NCBI GenBank assembly: GCA_904501925.1
Contig: CAJGCO010000007.1
Coordinates: 182-64,181 of the forward strand
Source of the DNA: an uncultured Alphaproteobacteria bacterium
GTDB lineage: Bacteria > Pseudomonadota > Alphaproteobacteria > RF32 > CAG-239
DNA length: 64,000 bases
Direction: 5' to 3'
Shown here piece by piece: positions 1 through 8,941 of the stretch (positions are counted from its first letter, which is position 1; every line of letters begins with the position of its first letter). Made by a program: the position numbers and the translations under genes. The notes below the pieces were generated by a model. That model worked only from the letters and a program-made list of their open reading frames with translations. It was not told the DNA's origin and did no database searches.

Positions 1-417
1 ATAATAAGATACAAGCTCATCTAACCCCCTACATAAAAGCGTTCTAATCTCATCACTAAAATACAACTTCTCTCTCATTGAAAATGTATTCTTAGGTTTA
101 ATATCCTTATCTTCAATCACAATTTTATAAACCACACAAAGATTAGCCTTTGAAATCACTCTTAAAGCCTTTCTAAACCTATCAATCCCTAGCGCCATAT
201 CACCAAATCCACCTTTTCCACCATCAACTTTAGGAATAGATAAATCTATACTTTTAACTTTAGCCCCTTTCCAACCCATATAATCCTCATAAAACAAATT
301 TGCAGCCCTCAATCTATCTTCTGCGCTATACGGCTGATAATAATCACCATTTTCATAATAGCGCTGATTTAAATATCCTCTTTTAAAATATGTCTCAATC
401 AATAATTTTCTCCCCAT
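1..417 (-). CDS. Phage-associated hypothetical protein, N-terminal 139 codons; the gene runs off the left edge
   Basis: Own translation of the minus strand. The ATG at 417..415 shares one base with the TAA of the upstream gene (TAATG). The frame stays open to position 1 (MGRKLLIETYFKRGY...RGLDELVSYY). It is absent from the supplied track because no stop lies inside the window. It is co-directional and coupled with the phage replication genes. A resemblance to DUF6456-type proteins is from memory only. Confidence 0.4.
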   Translation of the reverse strand, partial: MGRKLLIETYFKRGYLNQRYYENGDYYQPYSAEDRLRAANLFYEDYMGWKGAKVKSIDLSIPKVDGGKGGFGDMALGIDRFRKALRVISKANLCVVYKIVIEDKDIKPKNTFSMREKLYFSDEIRTLLCRGLDELVSYY

Positions 418-899
418 TACTTAATTCTCCCCTCTTTAATCTTTGCCAGAACCACATCAAAATCAGCAAACAAACCATTATCAACTGCCAATTTATATTT
501 TGCCGAATAGTCAAGCTTATTAAACTCATCTGGCTCCACCAAAGTCCGCAATTTAACATCCAATACATAATCAATACCTTTCGTATAGGTATGAAAATAA
601 TGCACCTCACGCCCTGCCTTTCTATCCAAATCCATAAGGTATAATTCTGCAGACATAGGCAAGCCACCCAAAACCTCTCTAGGCTTTCTAGAAAAAATAT
701 ATTTCTTTATTTTTGCTGGAGTTGGCGCAATATTGAGCTCCTCATTTTTACGATAAGCTTTTATCGCCAATAAAATATCATCAACACTATACCCATCTAA
801 AACCTCTTCCCAAATCTCCTCGTCTAGTTTTGAAGGTCTCATAAAATTAGGATAAATCGACTTAATACTTATAAAGAAAAAATCACTATTCACACTCAT
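417..899 (-). CDS. Phage G39P-like replicative helicase loader (N-terminal domain) protein
   Basis: Track ORF 417..950 trimmed to the ATG at 899, which is preceded by AGGAGGG with a 5-nt spacer. The segment IKSIYPNFMRPSKLDEEIWEEVLDGYSVDDILLAIKAYRK..APTPAKIKKYI follows the pattern of SPP1 G39P-type loader domains (recalled, not searched). Confidence 0.5.
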   Translation of the reverse strand: MSVNSDFFFISIKSIYPNFMRPSKLDEEIWEEVLDGYSVDDILLAIKAYRKNEELNIAPTPAKIKKYIFSRKPREVLGGLPMSAELYLMDLDRKAGREVHYFHTYTKGIDYVLDVKLRTLVEPDEFNKLDYSAKYKLAVDNGLFADFDVVLAKIKEGRIK

Positions 900-918
900 A
901 ATTTCCCTCCTAAAAAAT

Positions 919-1629
919 CTACTTACAATCAACACCACTATTAGCATCAAACTTACTTAACAACTGATGCCAATACTCATTATCATCTTGTCTATCATTT
1001 ATTTTTTCCGTTGCCTCAGCCATCGCCCTTCGATGCCACAACTTTGCCACTGCCTGCCAATTTTTTATTTTACTATTTCCAACACACCAGCCCCGTGATT
1101 CGTAAAAATCAACAAACTCCTCTGGATTAACCTCCAGATTTAGCTCATCGACATACCTACGAACATCTTCAACCTTAGGTGCAACAAATTTTGCCCTACC
1201 AATTTTTCCCCTCATATTTTTTTTAACATTTTCGCTAAATAAATTATTTTTATTTATATTTATATTATTATATTCTTTTGCTTCTTTTCTTAAAACTTCT
1301 TCACGATTAACCGACGGTTGATTAAATAAATCCAACGTTTCACCAACGTTTTTTTCTTCACAATCAACGCCTCCACATTCACCATTTTCTTTTAGATTAT
1401 TCAACTTACGTTTCGCAACACCCAACATAGATAACTGCTTCATACGACGTTTTTTATCAATAATTTCATCTTGTAGCGTCTTAATATAAGTATAAATATC
1501 AGCCACCATATCATCTTTTAGCCCATCATCATTAACACTAAGCAACGCATTCAACAAAAGTCCACGTTGTTCAATATTTAATGCCGAAATCACATACTTA
1601 AGATTTATATTTAAAACAATCTGCTCCAT
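919..1629 (-). CDS. Phage replisome-organizer / DnaD-like replication protein
   Basis: Track ORF 919..1656 trimmed to the ATG at 1629 (GGGGAG SD). The C-terminal motif APKVEDVRRYVDELNLEVNPEEFVDFYESRGWCVGNSKIKNWQAVAKLWHRR is typical of phage DnaD/replication-organizer C-termini. The gene is divergent from a CI-like repressor. Confidence 0.5.
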   Translation of the reverse strand: MEQIVLNINLKYVISALNIEQRGLLLNALLSVNDDGLKDDMVADIYTYIKTLQDEIIDKKRRMKQLSMLGVAKRKLNNLKENGECGGVDCEEKNVGETLDLFNQPSVNREEVLRKEAKEYNNININKNNLFSENVKKNMRGKIGRAKFVAPKVEDVRRYVDELNLEVNPEEFVDFYESRGWCVGNSKIKNWQAVAKLWHRRAMAEATEKINDRQDDNEYWHQLLSKFDANSGVDCK

Positions 1630-1814
1630 CTTAACTCCCCAAAAAAAATTACACATTATACAACCCTACGTTGCATAAAATTTAAAACCCAAAGTAGTCC
1701 GATAGTTCAAAAAGTTCAGATTTAGTGCACAACACACTATAAAATAAGAAAAAAAGTCACTTCATATGAAAAATAATATATATACTAAAAGTTGTATAAA
1801 GAATCACAATCAAC

Positions 1815-1842
1815 TTGACTTCGCTATGCTTTAATATATGAT
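1815..1842 (+). promoter_or_regulatory. Sigma70-like promoter (TTGACT-16-TATGAT) upstream of the CI-like repressor gene
   Basis: Hexamers read directly from the sequence, about 100 nt upstream of the ATG at 1940, inside the 283-bp divergent intergenic region. Confidence 0.4.
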
Positions 1843-1939
1843 TAGTAATATAATGTCAATATTAAAACCCATACTTGATATTTATTTTTTTGGTTATATT
1901 AGAAAATTACACCAAAAAACATAAACAAAGGAGATAAAA

Positions 1940-2617
1940 ATGTCTGATATCGAAACAATACGCATAAAACTTGCCGATATAATACACAAAAAAGGTTATA
2001 ATTTCCGTGAATTATCCCTTAAAATCGGCAGAAAAGACTCTTATATCCAACAATACATCAAATATGGGCTACCACGTCGCTTAAATGAAATTGATAGAAA
2101 AAAAATATGCCAAATATTAAACATCAACGAAGAAGATTTAATTGATGATGAATTAAAAAGAACTCAAACAAACTTTAATGCCAACGTTGGCGTTAGCTAT
2201 TCCGAACTTGCAGGCAGAGACTATGTAGATATTGACATTTTATCATATAAAGCCAGCAACAAATACCAAGGCGAAATCATTGGCAAGATGTGGCTTAATT
2301 TCACAGAATTTGGAAATTGGTATTACACCAACCCTTTCACCTTAAAAATCATCCGCCAAGAAAGCGATAGCATGGAGCCAAAAATCTCTGTTGGAAATCT
2401 AGTATTATTCGACACCAGCATAAAAAAATACATTGGCGAAGGTGTATATGTAATTAGAGTTGGAGCTATCGTTCAAATTAAACGCATTCAAATGGAATCA
2501 GGCCACTGGTTTACCCTCAAATCTGACAACGAGTTGTATCAAGACATAAATTGTCACGTAAACGACCTTGAAATAATGGGAAGAGCAACCTACTGCCTTG
2601 GTGGTGAAAGACTATAA
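1940..2617 (+). CDS. CI/LexA-type phage repressor (N-terminal XRE HTH plus C-terminal S24 peptidase)
   Basis: The N-terminus (FRELSLKIGRKDSYIQQYIKYG) is HTH-like. The C-terminus carries the S24 catalytic-type DSMEP serine motif and a downstream VQIKRI lysine. AGGAG SD. Divergent from the replication genes. Confidence 0.8.
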   Translation: MSDIETIRIKLADIIHKKGYNFRELSLKIGRKDSYIQQYIKYGLPRRLNEIDRKKICQILNINEEDLIDDELKRTQTNFNANVGVSYSELAGRDYVDIDILSYKASNKYQGEIIGKMWLNFTEFGNWYYTNPFTLKIIRQESDSMEPKISVGNLVLFDTSIKKYIGEGVYVIRVGAIVQIKRIQMESGHWFTLKSDNELYQDINCHVNDLEIMGRATYCLGGERL

Positions 2618-2743
2618 CTCACCTATAAAATATAATTTTTTTTCGCCTCACCCTATTGACTATAGTGTCACAAGAGTGTATCAAATATATTAGCATGAAA
2701 AATTGTACTTAAAAATTTTCCCCAAAACTAAAAAACAATTCCC

Positions 2744-2781
2744 AATCCACAACAAATCATAAAAGTTGTGGATTTATTTTA
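2744..2781 (+). terminator. Rho-independent terminator-like hairpin
   Basis: Perfect 10-bp stem AATCCACAAC/GTTGTGGATT, 11-nt loop, T-rich tail TATTTTA. Confidence 0.5.
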
Positions 2782-2837
2782 TCATGTTTTTCAAGCAATT
2801 ATGACTTTTAATACTAAAATCAAAGGAGAAAAAATAT

Positions 2838-2996
2838 ATGAAAAACAATACTATCTTAGTAAATACAATAAACCAATTAAAAGAACAAATCAAACTAAAC
2901 GAACTATCCGATGACGGTTATTATCTTTCCCAACGCTATAAAGAAGACTACCAACTACTAAATCAATTAGAAAAAATGTTACATAACAAAACGTAA
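2838..2996 (+). CDS. Small hypothetical protein (52 aa)
   Basis: Below the track's length cut-off and found by eye: AAAGGAG SD, then ATG at 2838, giving MKNNTILVNTINQLKEQIKLNELSDDGYYLSQRYKEDYQLLNQLEKMLHNKT, stop at 2994..2996. No recognisable family. Confidence 0.3.
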   Translation: MKNNTILVNTINQLKEQIKLNELSDDGYYLSQRYKEDYQLLNQLEKMLHNKT

Positions 2997-3102
2997 TATT
3001 TTTTTACTGCAAACAATCCTTATTTTCAAAATTTGTACTTTACAACCCCCTTTTTAATTGCTAAAACTAACTCATTAACTTTTTTAATTTGGGAGAAAAA
3101 TA

Positions 3103-3894
3103 ATGATTCATGCATCAAGCGTTATTGAAGAAGGTGCAATAATTGACCAAACAGCTGAAATTGGCCCTTTTTGCTACATTTCCAGCAGAGCTAAAATTGG
3201 TCCAAACACAAAACTTATCGCAAGAGTTACAGTTTTAGGCGACACAACCATTGGTGCTAACAACGTTGTATTTCCTGGTGCTGTATTAGGCGCAGGCCCA
3301 CAAGACCATGGAAACGAATTCAAAGAAGAAGCCAAATTAATCATTGGCGATAACAACATCATCCGTGAAAACGTAACAATGCATGCTGGTACTCCTAAAG
3401 AAGAATTCACCACTCGTGTTGGTTCAAATTGTATGTTTATGATTAACTCACACGTTGCTCACGACTGTGTTGTAGGTGACAATGTTATCATGACAAACAA
3501 CGCTGTTATTGGTGGTCACGTTCGCTTAGGTGATGGTGTAATCATTGGTGGCAACTCAGCCGTTCACCAATTCGTAAAAATTGGTCGTAAAACAATGATT
3601 GGTGGAATGACTGGTGTTGCTCGTGATGTTATTCCATTTGCAATGGTTACAGGTGACCGTGGTAAATTAAGAGGCTTAAACTTAATTGGCCTAAAACGTA
3701 GTGGTTATGATGAACCAACTGTTAAAGCTGTTACAAGAGCATATATGTACATCTTCAAATCAACAGATGGCACATTTGAAGAACGTGTTCAAAACGCTAA
3801 AGAAAAATACAAAGACAACCCAATGATTATGGAACAAGTTGCCTTTATTGAAGAAGCTATGCACAGCCGTCGTCAGGTTTTAGTTGCAGAATAA
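3103..3894 (+). CDS. lpxA: Acyl-ACP--UDP-N-acetylglucosamine O-acyltransferase
   Basis: 263 aa. Left-handed beta-helix hexapeptide repeats throughout, with an LpxA-type C-terminal helical domain (GLNLIGLKRSGY...AYMYIF). GGGAG SD. Confidence 0.92.
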   Translation: MIHASSVIEEGAIIDQTAEIGPFCYISSRAKIGPNTKLIARVTVLGDTTIGANNVVFPGAVLGAGPQDHGNEFKEEAKLIIGDNNIIRENVTMHAGTPKEEFTTRVGSNCMFMINSHVAHDCVVGDNVIMTNNAVIGGHVRLGDGVIIGGNSAVHQFVKIGRKTMIGGMTGVARDVIPFAMVTGDRGKLRGLNLIGLKRSGYDEPTVKAVTRAYMYIFKSTDGTFEERVQNAKEKYKDNPMIMEQVAFIEEAMHSRRQVLVAE

Positions 3895-3912
3895 GCTATT
3901 TTTAATTAAACT

Positions 3913-3945
3913 AACCCCTATCATAACAGATAGGGGTTTTATTTT
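3913..3945 (+). terminator. Rho-independent terminator after lpxA
   Basis: Perfect 10-bp stem AACCCCTATC/GATAGGGGTT, 6-nt loop, TTTTATTTT tail. Confidence 0.7.
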
Positions 3946-4849
3946 GCCAAAAAGACTAATTATCATATTTTTTAGCATTTTTATTTGTATTATATCAGCA
4001 ATTCTTTGCTTTTATAAACACAACACCCCAAAACGTTATGCTGTTTTTGCAGGCTTTAATCCTAATGGCACAATACCTCCATATGTAATAACCTACCTAA
4101 AAGGCTTAAACGAAGTAACCAATGGTATTGTATATATTGCAGATAGCTCACTCAAAGAAGGCGAACTAAAAAAATTAAAATCCCTCAACATTCTTTATAC
4201 ATCTCATATCCGCCACCAAGAATACGACTGGGGATCATACAAACGTGGCTTTAATTGGCTAAAAGAAAATGGCTACCTTAAAAACGCTGATGAACTAATT
4301 TTTGCAAACGACAGCTGTTATGCCCCAATAACAAGCTTCAAACCAATGTTTAAAGAAATGAGTAAAAGAGATAATTTAGATTTCTGGGGCGATTTACAAA
4401 ACACCCAATTTAGCAATCACATCCAAAGTTATTTTATCGTATTTAGAAAAAAAATCATCAATTCAAAATCTTTTGCATCCTTTATAAACCAAGTAACTCA
4501 CCACGATGACACCAGAAAATATATTACAAAATATGAAACTAAACTCACCCCATTTTTAGAAAACATCGGCTATAAATGGGATACATACATACCATATAAA
4601 CAATTATCGTCCCTAGAAGCCTCTGATAAAAATTCATACCCCTTAACCCTAATAAAAGAATACAATCATCAATTCCTAAAACGTCGCACATTCACATCTC
4701 TATTGATGATATCAGAAAACATCCATACCTTGGTTGATTATCTACATACCAACCACCCTCAAACATTTTACGACCTCATAAACGAGGTAGATAAAAAACA
4801 CATTCCACCACATTTATTGGATAAGAAAAATGAAACAAAATCTAACTAA
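3944..4849 (+). CDS. Membrane-anchored putative polysaccharide transferase (RgpF / rhamnan-synthesis-F-like, tentative), paralog 1
   Basis: The track ORF starts at 3884, but its first 60 nt overlap lpxA and contain the lpxA terminator hairpin, so a TTG start at 3944 is more plausible. One N-terminal TM helix. The conserved block HQEYDWGSYKRGFNWLKENGYL is shared with the next gene. The family call is from memory. Confidence 0.5.
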   Translation: MPKRLIIIFFSIFICIISAILCFYKHNTPKRYAVFAGFNPNGTIPPYVITYLKGLNEVTNGIVYIADSSLKEGELKKLKSLNILYTSHIRHQEYDWGSYKRGFNWLKENGYLKNADELIFANDSCYAPITSFKPMFKEMSKRDNLDFWGDLQNTQFSNHIQSYFIVFRKKIINSKSFASFINQVTHHDDTRKYITKYETKLTPFLENIGYKWDTYIPYKQLSSLEASDKNSYPLTLIKEYNHQFLKRRTFTSLLMISENIHTLVDYLHTNHPQTFYDLINEVDKKHIPPHLLDKKNETKSN

Positions 4850-5810
4850 TCTCGCCAAAAAACTAATTCTCCCCCTTATAATGGTTAGCCTAATCATTCG
4901 CATAATTATAGATTTCAACTCCCCTATAAATGTTGAAACAACCCTAAATTCATACATCCCAAATCAAACCACAACCATCTATGCCGCATACTCAGAAAAC
5001 GGCACAATTCCTGACTATGTAATAAATTACCTTCGTTTATTAAAAGAGATTAGCCCAAACATCATTTACATAACCGACAACCCAATCAAGAAAAAAGAAA
5101 TATCCAAATTAAAACCATACGTAACCCATCTCATCGCCACTCGCCACCAAGAATACGACTGGGGCTCATATAAACGAGGTTTCAACTGGCTAAAAAACAA
5201 TAATTATCTAGCCCCAAGAAACAGTGATTTAGCATCCCCCTCACAAAAAACAAAAGACAGCGATTTAGCATCCCCCCTCCTAATTTTAGCAAACGATTCA
5301 ACGATACCTACCACACATTCCTTTGCTCCTATCTTATCTGATATGAAGCAAAAAAACACTCACTTCTATGGCTTAACCGCAAACCAAGATGGCACATATC
5401 ACATCCAAAGTTATTTCCTAATTATAACTTCATCAATGTATAATCACCCTGCTTTTGCAAACTACCTAAACAATGTAACCAAACAAAAAGATGGATTAAA
5501 CGTTGCCTATGCATATGAAGTTCCATTCACTCAACATTTTGCTAATTTAGGCTTCTCACACTCAACTTATATTGACTACAATTCTTTATCATACCTCCCC
5601 TTAAACGATAAAAATTGCTATCCATTAACCCTGCTAACCAAATACAAAACACCTCTCTTAAAAATGCGCACATTTACAAATCGTCTAAATGTTCAAGAAT
5701 CAAGAAGACTTGTTTTTAATTGGCTAAAAAACAACGCCCCCCAAAGCTATAACGATTTAATCAAACACCTAAAAAACATAAATTCCCCCTACTTAAAAGA
5801 AAATCGTTAA
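4830..5810 (+). CDS. Membrane-anchored putative polysaccharide transferase (RgpF-like, tentative), paralog 2
   Basis: 326 aa. Same architecture and blocks as paralog 1 (HQEYDWGSYKRGFNWLKNNNYL; IQSYF; CYPLTLL; KMRTFT). Contains an extra insert with an internal SDLASP..SDLASP repeat. Confidence 0.5.
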   Translation: MKQNLTNLAKKLILPLIMVSLIIRIIIDFNSPINVETTLNSYIPNQTTTIYAAYSENGTIPDYVINYLRLLKEISPNIIYITDNPIKKKEISKLKPYVTHLIATRHQEYDWGSYKRGFNWLKNNNYLAPRNSDLASPSQKTKDSDLASPLLILANDSTIPTTHSFAPILSDMKQKNTHFYGLTANQDGTYHIQSYFLIITSSMYNHPAFANYLNNVTKQKDGLNVAYAYEVPFTQHFANLGFSHSTYIDYNSLSYLPLNDKNCYPLTLLTKYKTPLLKMRTFTNRLNVQESRRLVFNWLKNNAPQSYNDLIKHLKNINSPYLKENR

Positions 5811-5889
5811 TCCATTTTTTACATAAAAAACGCTTGAAATAATAAATCTGCCAATTAAAATATATCTGATTTTATTAAGGAGTATAATA

Positions 5890-8706
5890 ATGGCAGAAAG
5901 TAAGTTTTTAGAAATAAAAGGCGCAAGAGAACACAACCTAAAAAATGTTAGCGTATCTATTCCCAAAAACAAACTAACCGTCATTACAGGTTTATCAGGA
6001 TCAGGCAAATCTTCTCTAGCATTTGATACAATCTATGCCGAAGGACAACGTCGTTATGTAGAAAGCCTATCAGCCTATGCCAGACAATTTTTAGATTTAA
6101 TGAAAAAACCAGAAGTAGATTCTATCGATGGTCTAGCCCCTGCCATATCTATTGAACAAAAAACCACTTCACACAACCCTCGTTCAACCGTTGGCACCAT
6201 AACCGAAATTTATGACTACATGCGTTTATTATGGGCAAGAGTAGGAACACCTTATTCTCCAGCCACAGGTCTTCCTATTGAAGCACAAAGCGTTAGCCAA
6301 ATAACCGATAAAATTTTAAGTTTTCCCATCTCTTCCAAACTCCTTCTTACTTCCCCTATTGTTAGAGCCAGAAAAGGCGAGTTCAAAAAAGAACTATCCT
6401 CCCTCCTAAAACAGGGCTATCAAAGAGTAAAAATTGACGGCCAAGTATACGATTTAGAAGACGCACCTGATTTAGAAAAAAACATAAAACACGACATAGA
6501 AGTAGTTGTTGACCGTTTAATTATTAAAGATGAAGACCTCCGTGAACGAGTATCCCAATCCGTAGAAACAGCTCTAAAATTAAGCAATGGAATTATCTAT
6601 ATAGACGACACCTCCACCAACAATCGTACAATCTGCTCTTCAAAATATGCATGTCCAGTCTCTGGCTTTAGTATTGAAGAAATAGAACCCCGCCTCTTTT
6701 CTTTTAACAACCCACAAGGCGCTTGTCCTCATTGTGATGGTTTAGGTGCAAGATTATACATGGATGAAAATTTAGTTGTACCAAACACCTCAAAATCCAT
6801 CTCCCAAGGCGCCATTGTCCCTTGGTATGGCTTCAAGTCTGCTTTCTACAAACAAACCCTTATCTCTTTGTGCGATTATTTATCAATATCGCCAGATACC
6901 CCTTGGTGCGATTTACCAGAAAAAGCCAAACAAATAATTCTCTACGGCTCCGGCAACGTCCATATCCCATTATATTTTTCAAGCTTTGTAACAGACAAAC
7001 CTTTTGAAGGTGTAATCCCCAATATGGAGCGACGCTTTTTAGAAACAGAAAGCGCAGCCTCTCGCGAAGAACTTTCTCGTTACCAATCTTCAGCCCCATG
7101 TACATATTGCAATCAAAAGCGCCTAAAACCAGAAGCCCTAGCTGTAAAAATCTGCAACAAAGACATTATGGAAGTTTCCGACTTATCCATCAAAGAAGCT
7201 CTTAGCTGGTTCTTAAAAGTAGAAGACCAACTAAGCCCTCAAAAACAACAAATTGCTCACAAAATCTTAAAAGAAATCATTGAGCGCTTACAATTTTTAA
7301 ACAACGTTGGCCTAGATTATCTAACCCTATCACGCCAATCCGGTGGCTTATCTGGTGGTGAATCTCAACGCATTCGCCTAGCCTCACAAATTGGTTCAGG
7401 TTTAACCGGTGTATTTTATGTCCTTGATGAACCATCTATTGGACTTCACCAAAAAGACAACGATAGACTACTCTCCACCTTAAACCACCTTAGAGATATC
7501 GGTAACACCGTTATTGTTGTTGAACACGATGAAGACGCCATCCGTTCTGCAGATTATATCATAGATATGGGGCCTCTTGCCGGTCAATTTGGTGGCCAAA
7601 TCACAGCTTGTGGCAGCGTTGATGAAGTCTTAAAAAATCCCAACAGCCTTACAGCATCTTACCTAAATGGCACCAAACAAATTCCAATACCATCATCACG
7701 TCGCAAGGGCAACGGCAAGTTTTTAGAATTATTAGGCGCCACAACCAACAACCTAAAAAATGTAAACTTAAAACTTCCTCTAGGAACATTAACTCTTGTT
7801 ACAGGTGTTTCAGGTGGTGGCAAATCATCCCTAATTATTGAAACATTATACAAAGCCCTAAACAAAGAACTAAACAATTCCAGAGAACCAACCGGTGCAT
7901 ATTCAGAACTTAAAGGCCTAGAAAATATTGATAAAGTAATCGATATTGACCAATCTCCAATTGGTAGAACTCCTCGTTCCAACCCTGCCACCTACACAGG
8001 TTTATTTACTTACATAAGAGATTGGTTTGCAGAATTACCCCTATCCAAAGCTCGTGGCTACAAAGCCGGACGTTTTTCATTCAACGTTGCAGGCGGTCGT
8101 TGTGAACACTGCCTTGGTGATGGCCTAACCAAAATAGAAATGAACTTCCTACCAGATGTTTATGTAGAATGTGAACATTGCCATGGCAAACGTTTCAACC
8201 GTGAAACACTAGAAGTAACCTACAAGGGAAAATCCATCGCCGATGTTTTAGATATGACTGTTGACGAAGCTCATGCTTTTTTTGAAAACATTCCATCAAT
8301 AAAAACTCGCCTAGAACTACTCCAAAAAGTTGGTCTTGGCTATATCCATTTAGGACAATCGGCAACAACTCTCTCCGGTGGTGAAGCTCAGCGTATAAAA
8401 CTCTCCAAAGAGCTCTCAAAACGTGCCACAGGCAAAACCATATACATCTTAGATGAACCAACCACAGGTCTCCATTTTGAAGACATAAATCGCCTTTTAA
8501 GCGTCCTACAAACATTAGTAGACCAAGGCAATACCGTCGTTGTTATTGAACACAATTTAGACGTAATAAAAGTAGCCGACTATATTGTCGATATGGGTCC
8601 AGAGGGTGGCGCTGGTGGAGGCCAAATCGTAAGCTCCGGCACTCCGGAAGAAATTGTAAAAAAAGCCAAAGGTTATACTTATAAATACCTAAAAAATAAA
8701 ATTTAA
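5890..8706 (+). CDS. uvrA: Excinuclease ABC subunit A
   Basis: 938 aa. Two ABC ATPase modules ([18 protein letters not shown]; LSGGE signatures) and zinc-finger Cys clusters, with a typical UvrA N-terminus. AAGGAG SD. Confidence 0.97.
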   Translation: MAESKFLEIKGAREHNLKNVSVSIPKNKLTVITGLSGSGKSSLAFDTIYAEGQRRYVESLSAYARQFLDLMKKPEVDSIDGLAPAISIEQKTTSHNPRSTVGTITEIYDYMRLLWARVGTPYSPATGLPIEAQSVSQITDKILSFPISSKLLLTSPIVRARKGEFKKELSSLLKQGYQRVKIDGQVYDLEDAPDLEKNIKHDIEVVVDRLIIKDEDLRERVSQSVETALKLSNGIIYIDDTSTNNRTICSSKYACPVSGFSIEEIEPRLFSFNNPQGACPHCDGLGARLYMDENLVVPNTSKSISQGAIVPWYGFKSAFYKQTLISLCDYLSISPDTPWCDLPEKAKQIILYGSGNVHIPLYFSSFVTDKPFEGVIPNMERRFLETESAASREELSRYQSSAPCTYCNQKRLKPEALAVKICNKDIMEVSDLSIKEALSWFLKVEDQLSPQKQQIAHKILKEIIERLQFLNNVGLDYLTLSRQSGGLSGGESQRIRLASQIGSGLTGVFYVLDEPSIGLHQKDNDRLLSTLNHLRDIGNTVIVVEHDEDAIRSADYIIDMGPLAGQFGGQITACGSVDEVLKNPNSLTASYLNGTKQIPIPSSRRKGNGKFLELLGATTNNLKNVNLKLPLGTLTLVTGVSGGGKSSLIIETLYKALNKELNNSREPTGAYSELKGLENIDKVIDIDQSPIGRTPRSNPATYTGLFTYIRDWFAELPLSKARGYKAGRFSFNVAGGRCEHCLGDGLTKIEMNFLPDVYVECEHCHGKRFNRETLEVTYKGKSIADVLDMTVDEAHAFFENIPSIKTRLELLQKVGLGYIHLGQSATTLSGGEAQRIKLSKELSKRATGKTIYILDEPTTGLHFEDINRLLSVLQTLVDQGNTVVVIEHNLDVIKVADYIVDMGPEGGAGGGQIVSSGTPEEIVKKAKGYTYKYLKNKI

Positions 8707-8755
8707 CCCCTAAACAAAAAAAACATTTAAAAGACAAAAAGTTGACCAAACGCTA

Positions 8756-8784
8756 TTGACACCCCCTCAAAATTATGCTATATT
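8756..8784 (+). promoter_or_regulatory. Near-consensus sigma70 promoter (TTGACA-17-TATATT)
   Basis: Read directly from the sequence. It lies about 160 nt upstream of the ATG at 8942 and implies a long 5' leader. Confidence 0.55.
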
Positions 8785-8941
8785 CATAATGTTTACAAAT
8801 TATTGTGCGTATAGATATGAATTGTCGTTCTTTAGCTTATGCTTAAGGGTGCATTTTGTGTTTTTCACATTTGTTTTGTAAGCCGTCAAAGGGAAAATCT
8901 TTTTGATGAATTTTGTTTAATCAAATTTATTTTTTTTATTT

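Noticed and set aside
390-667. ORFs 390..644 (+) and 395..667 (-).
   Set aside because: They overlap the coupled phage replication genes (417..899 and 1..417), which have SDs and recognisable motifs. Their translations are low-complexity.
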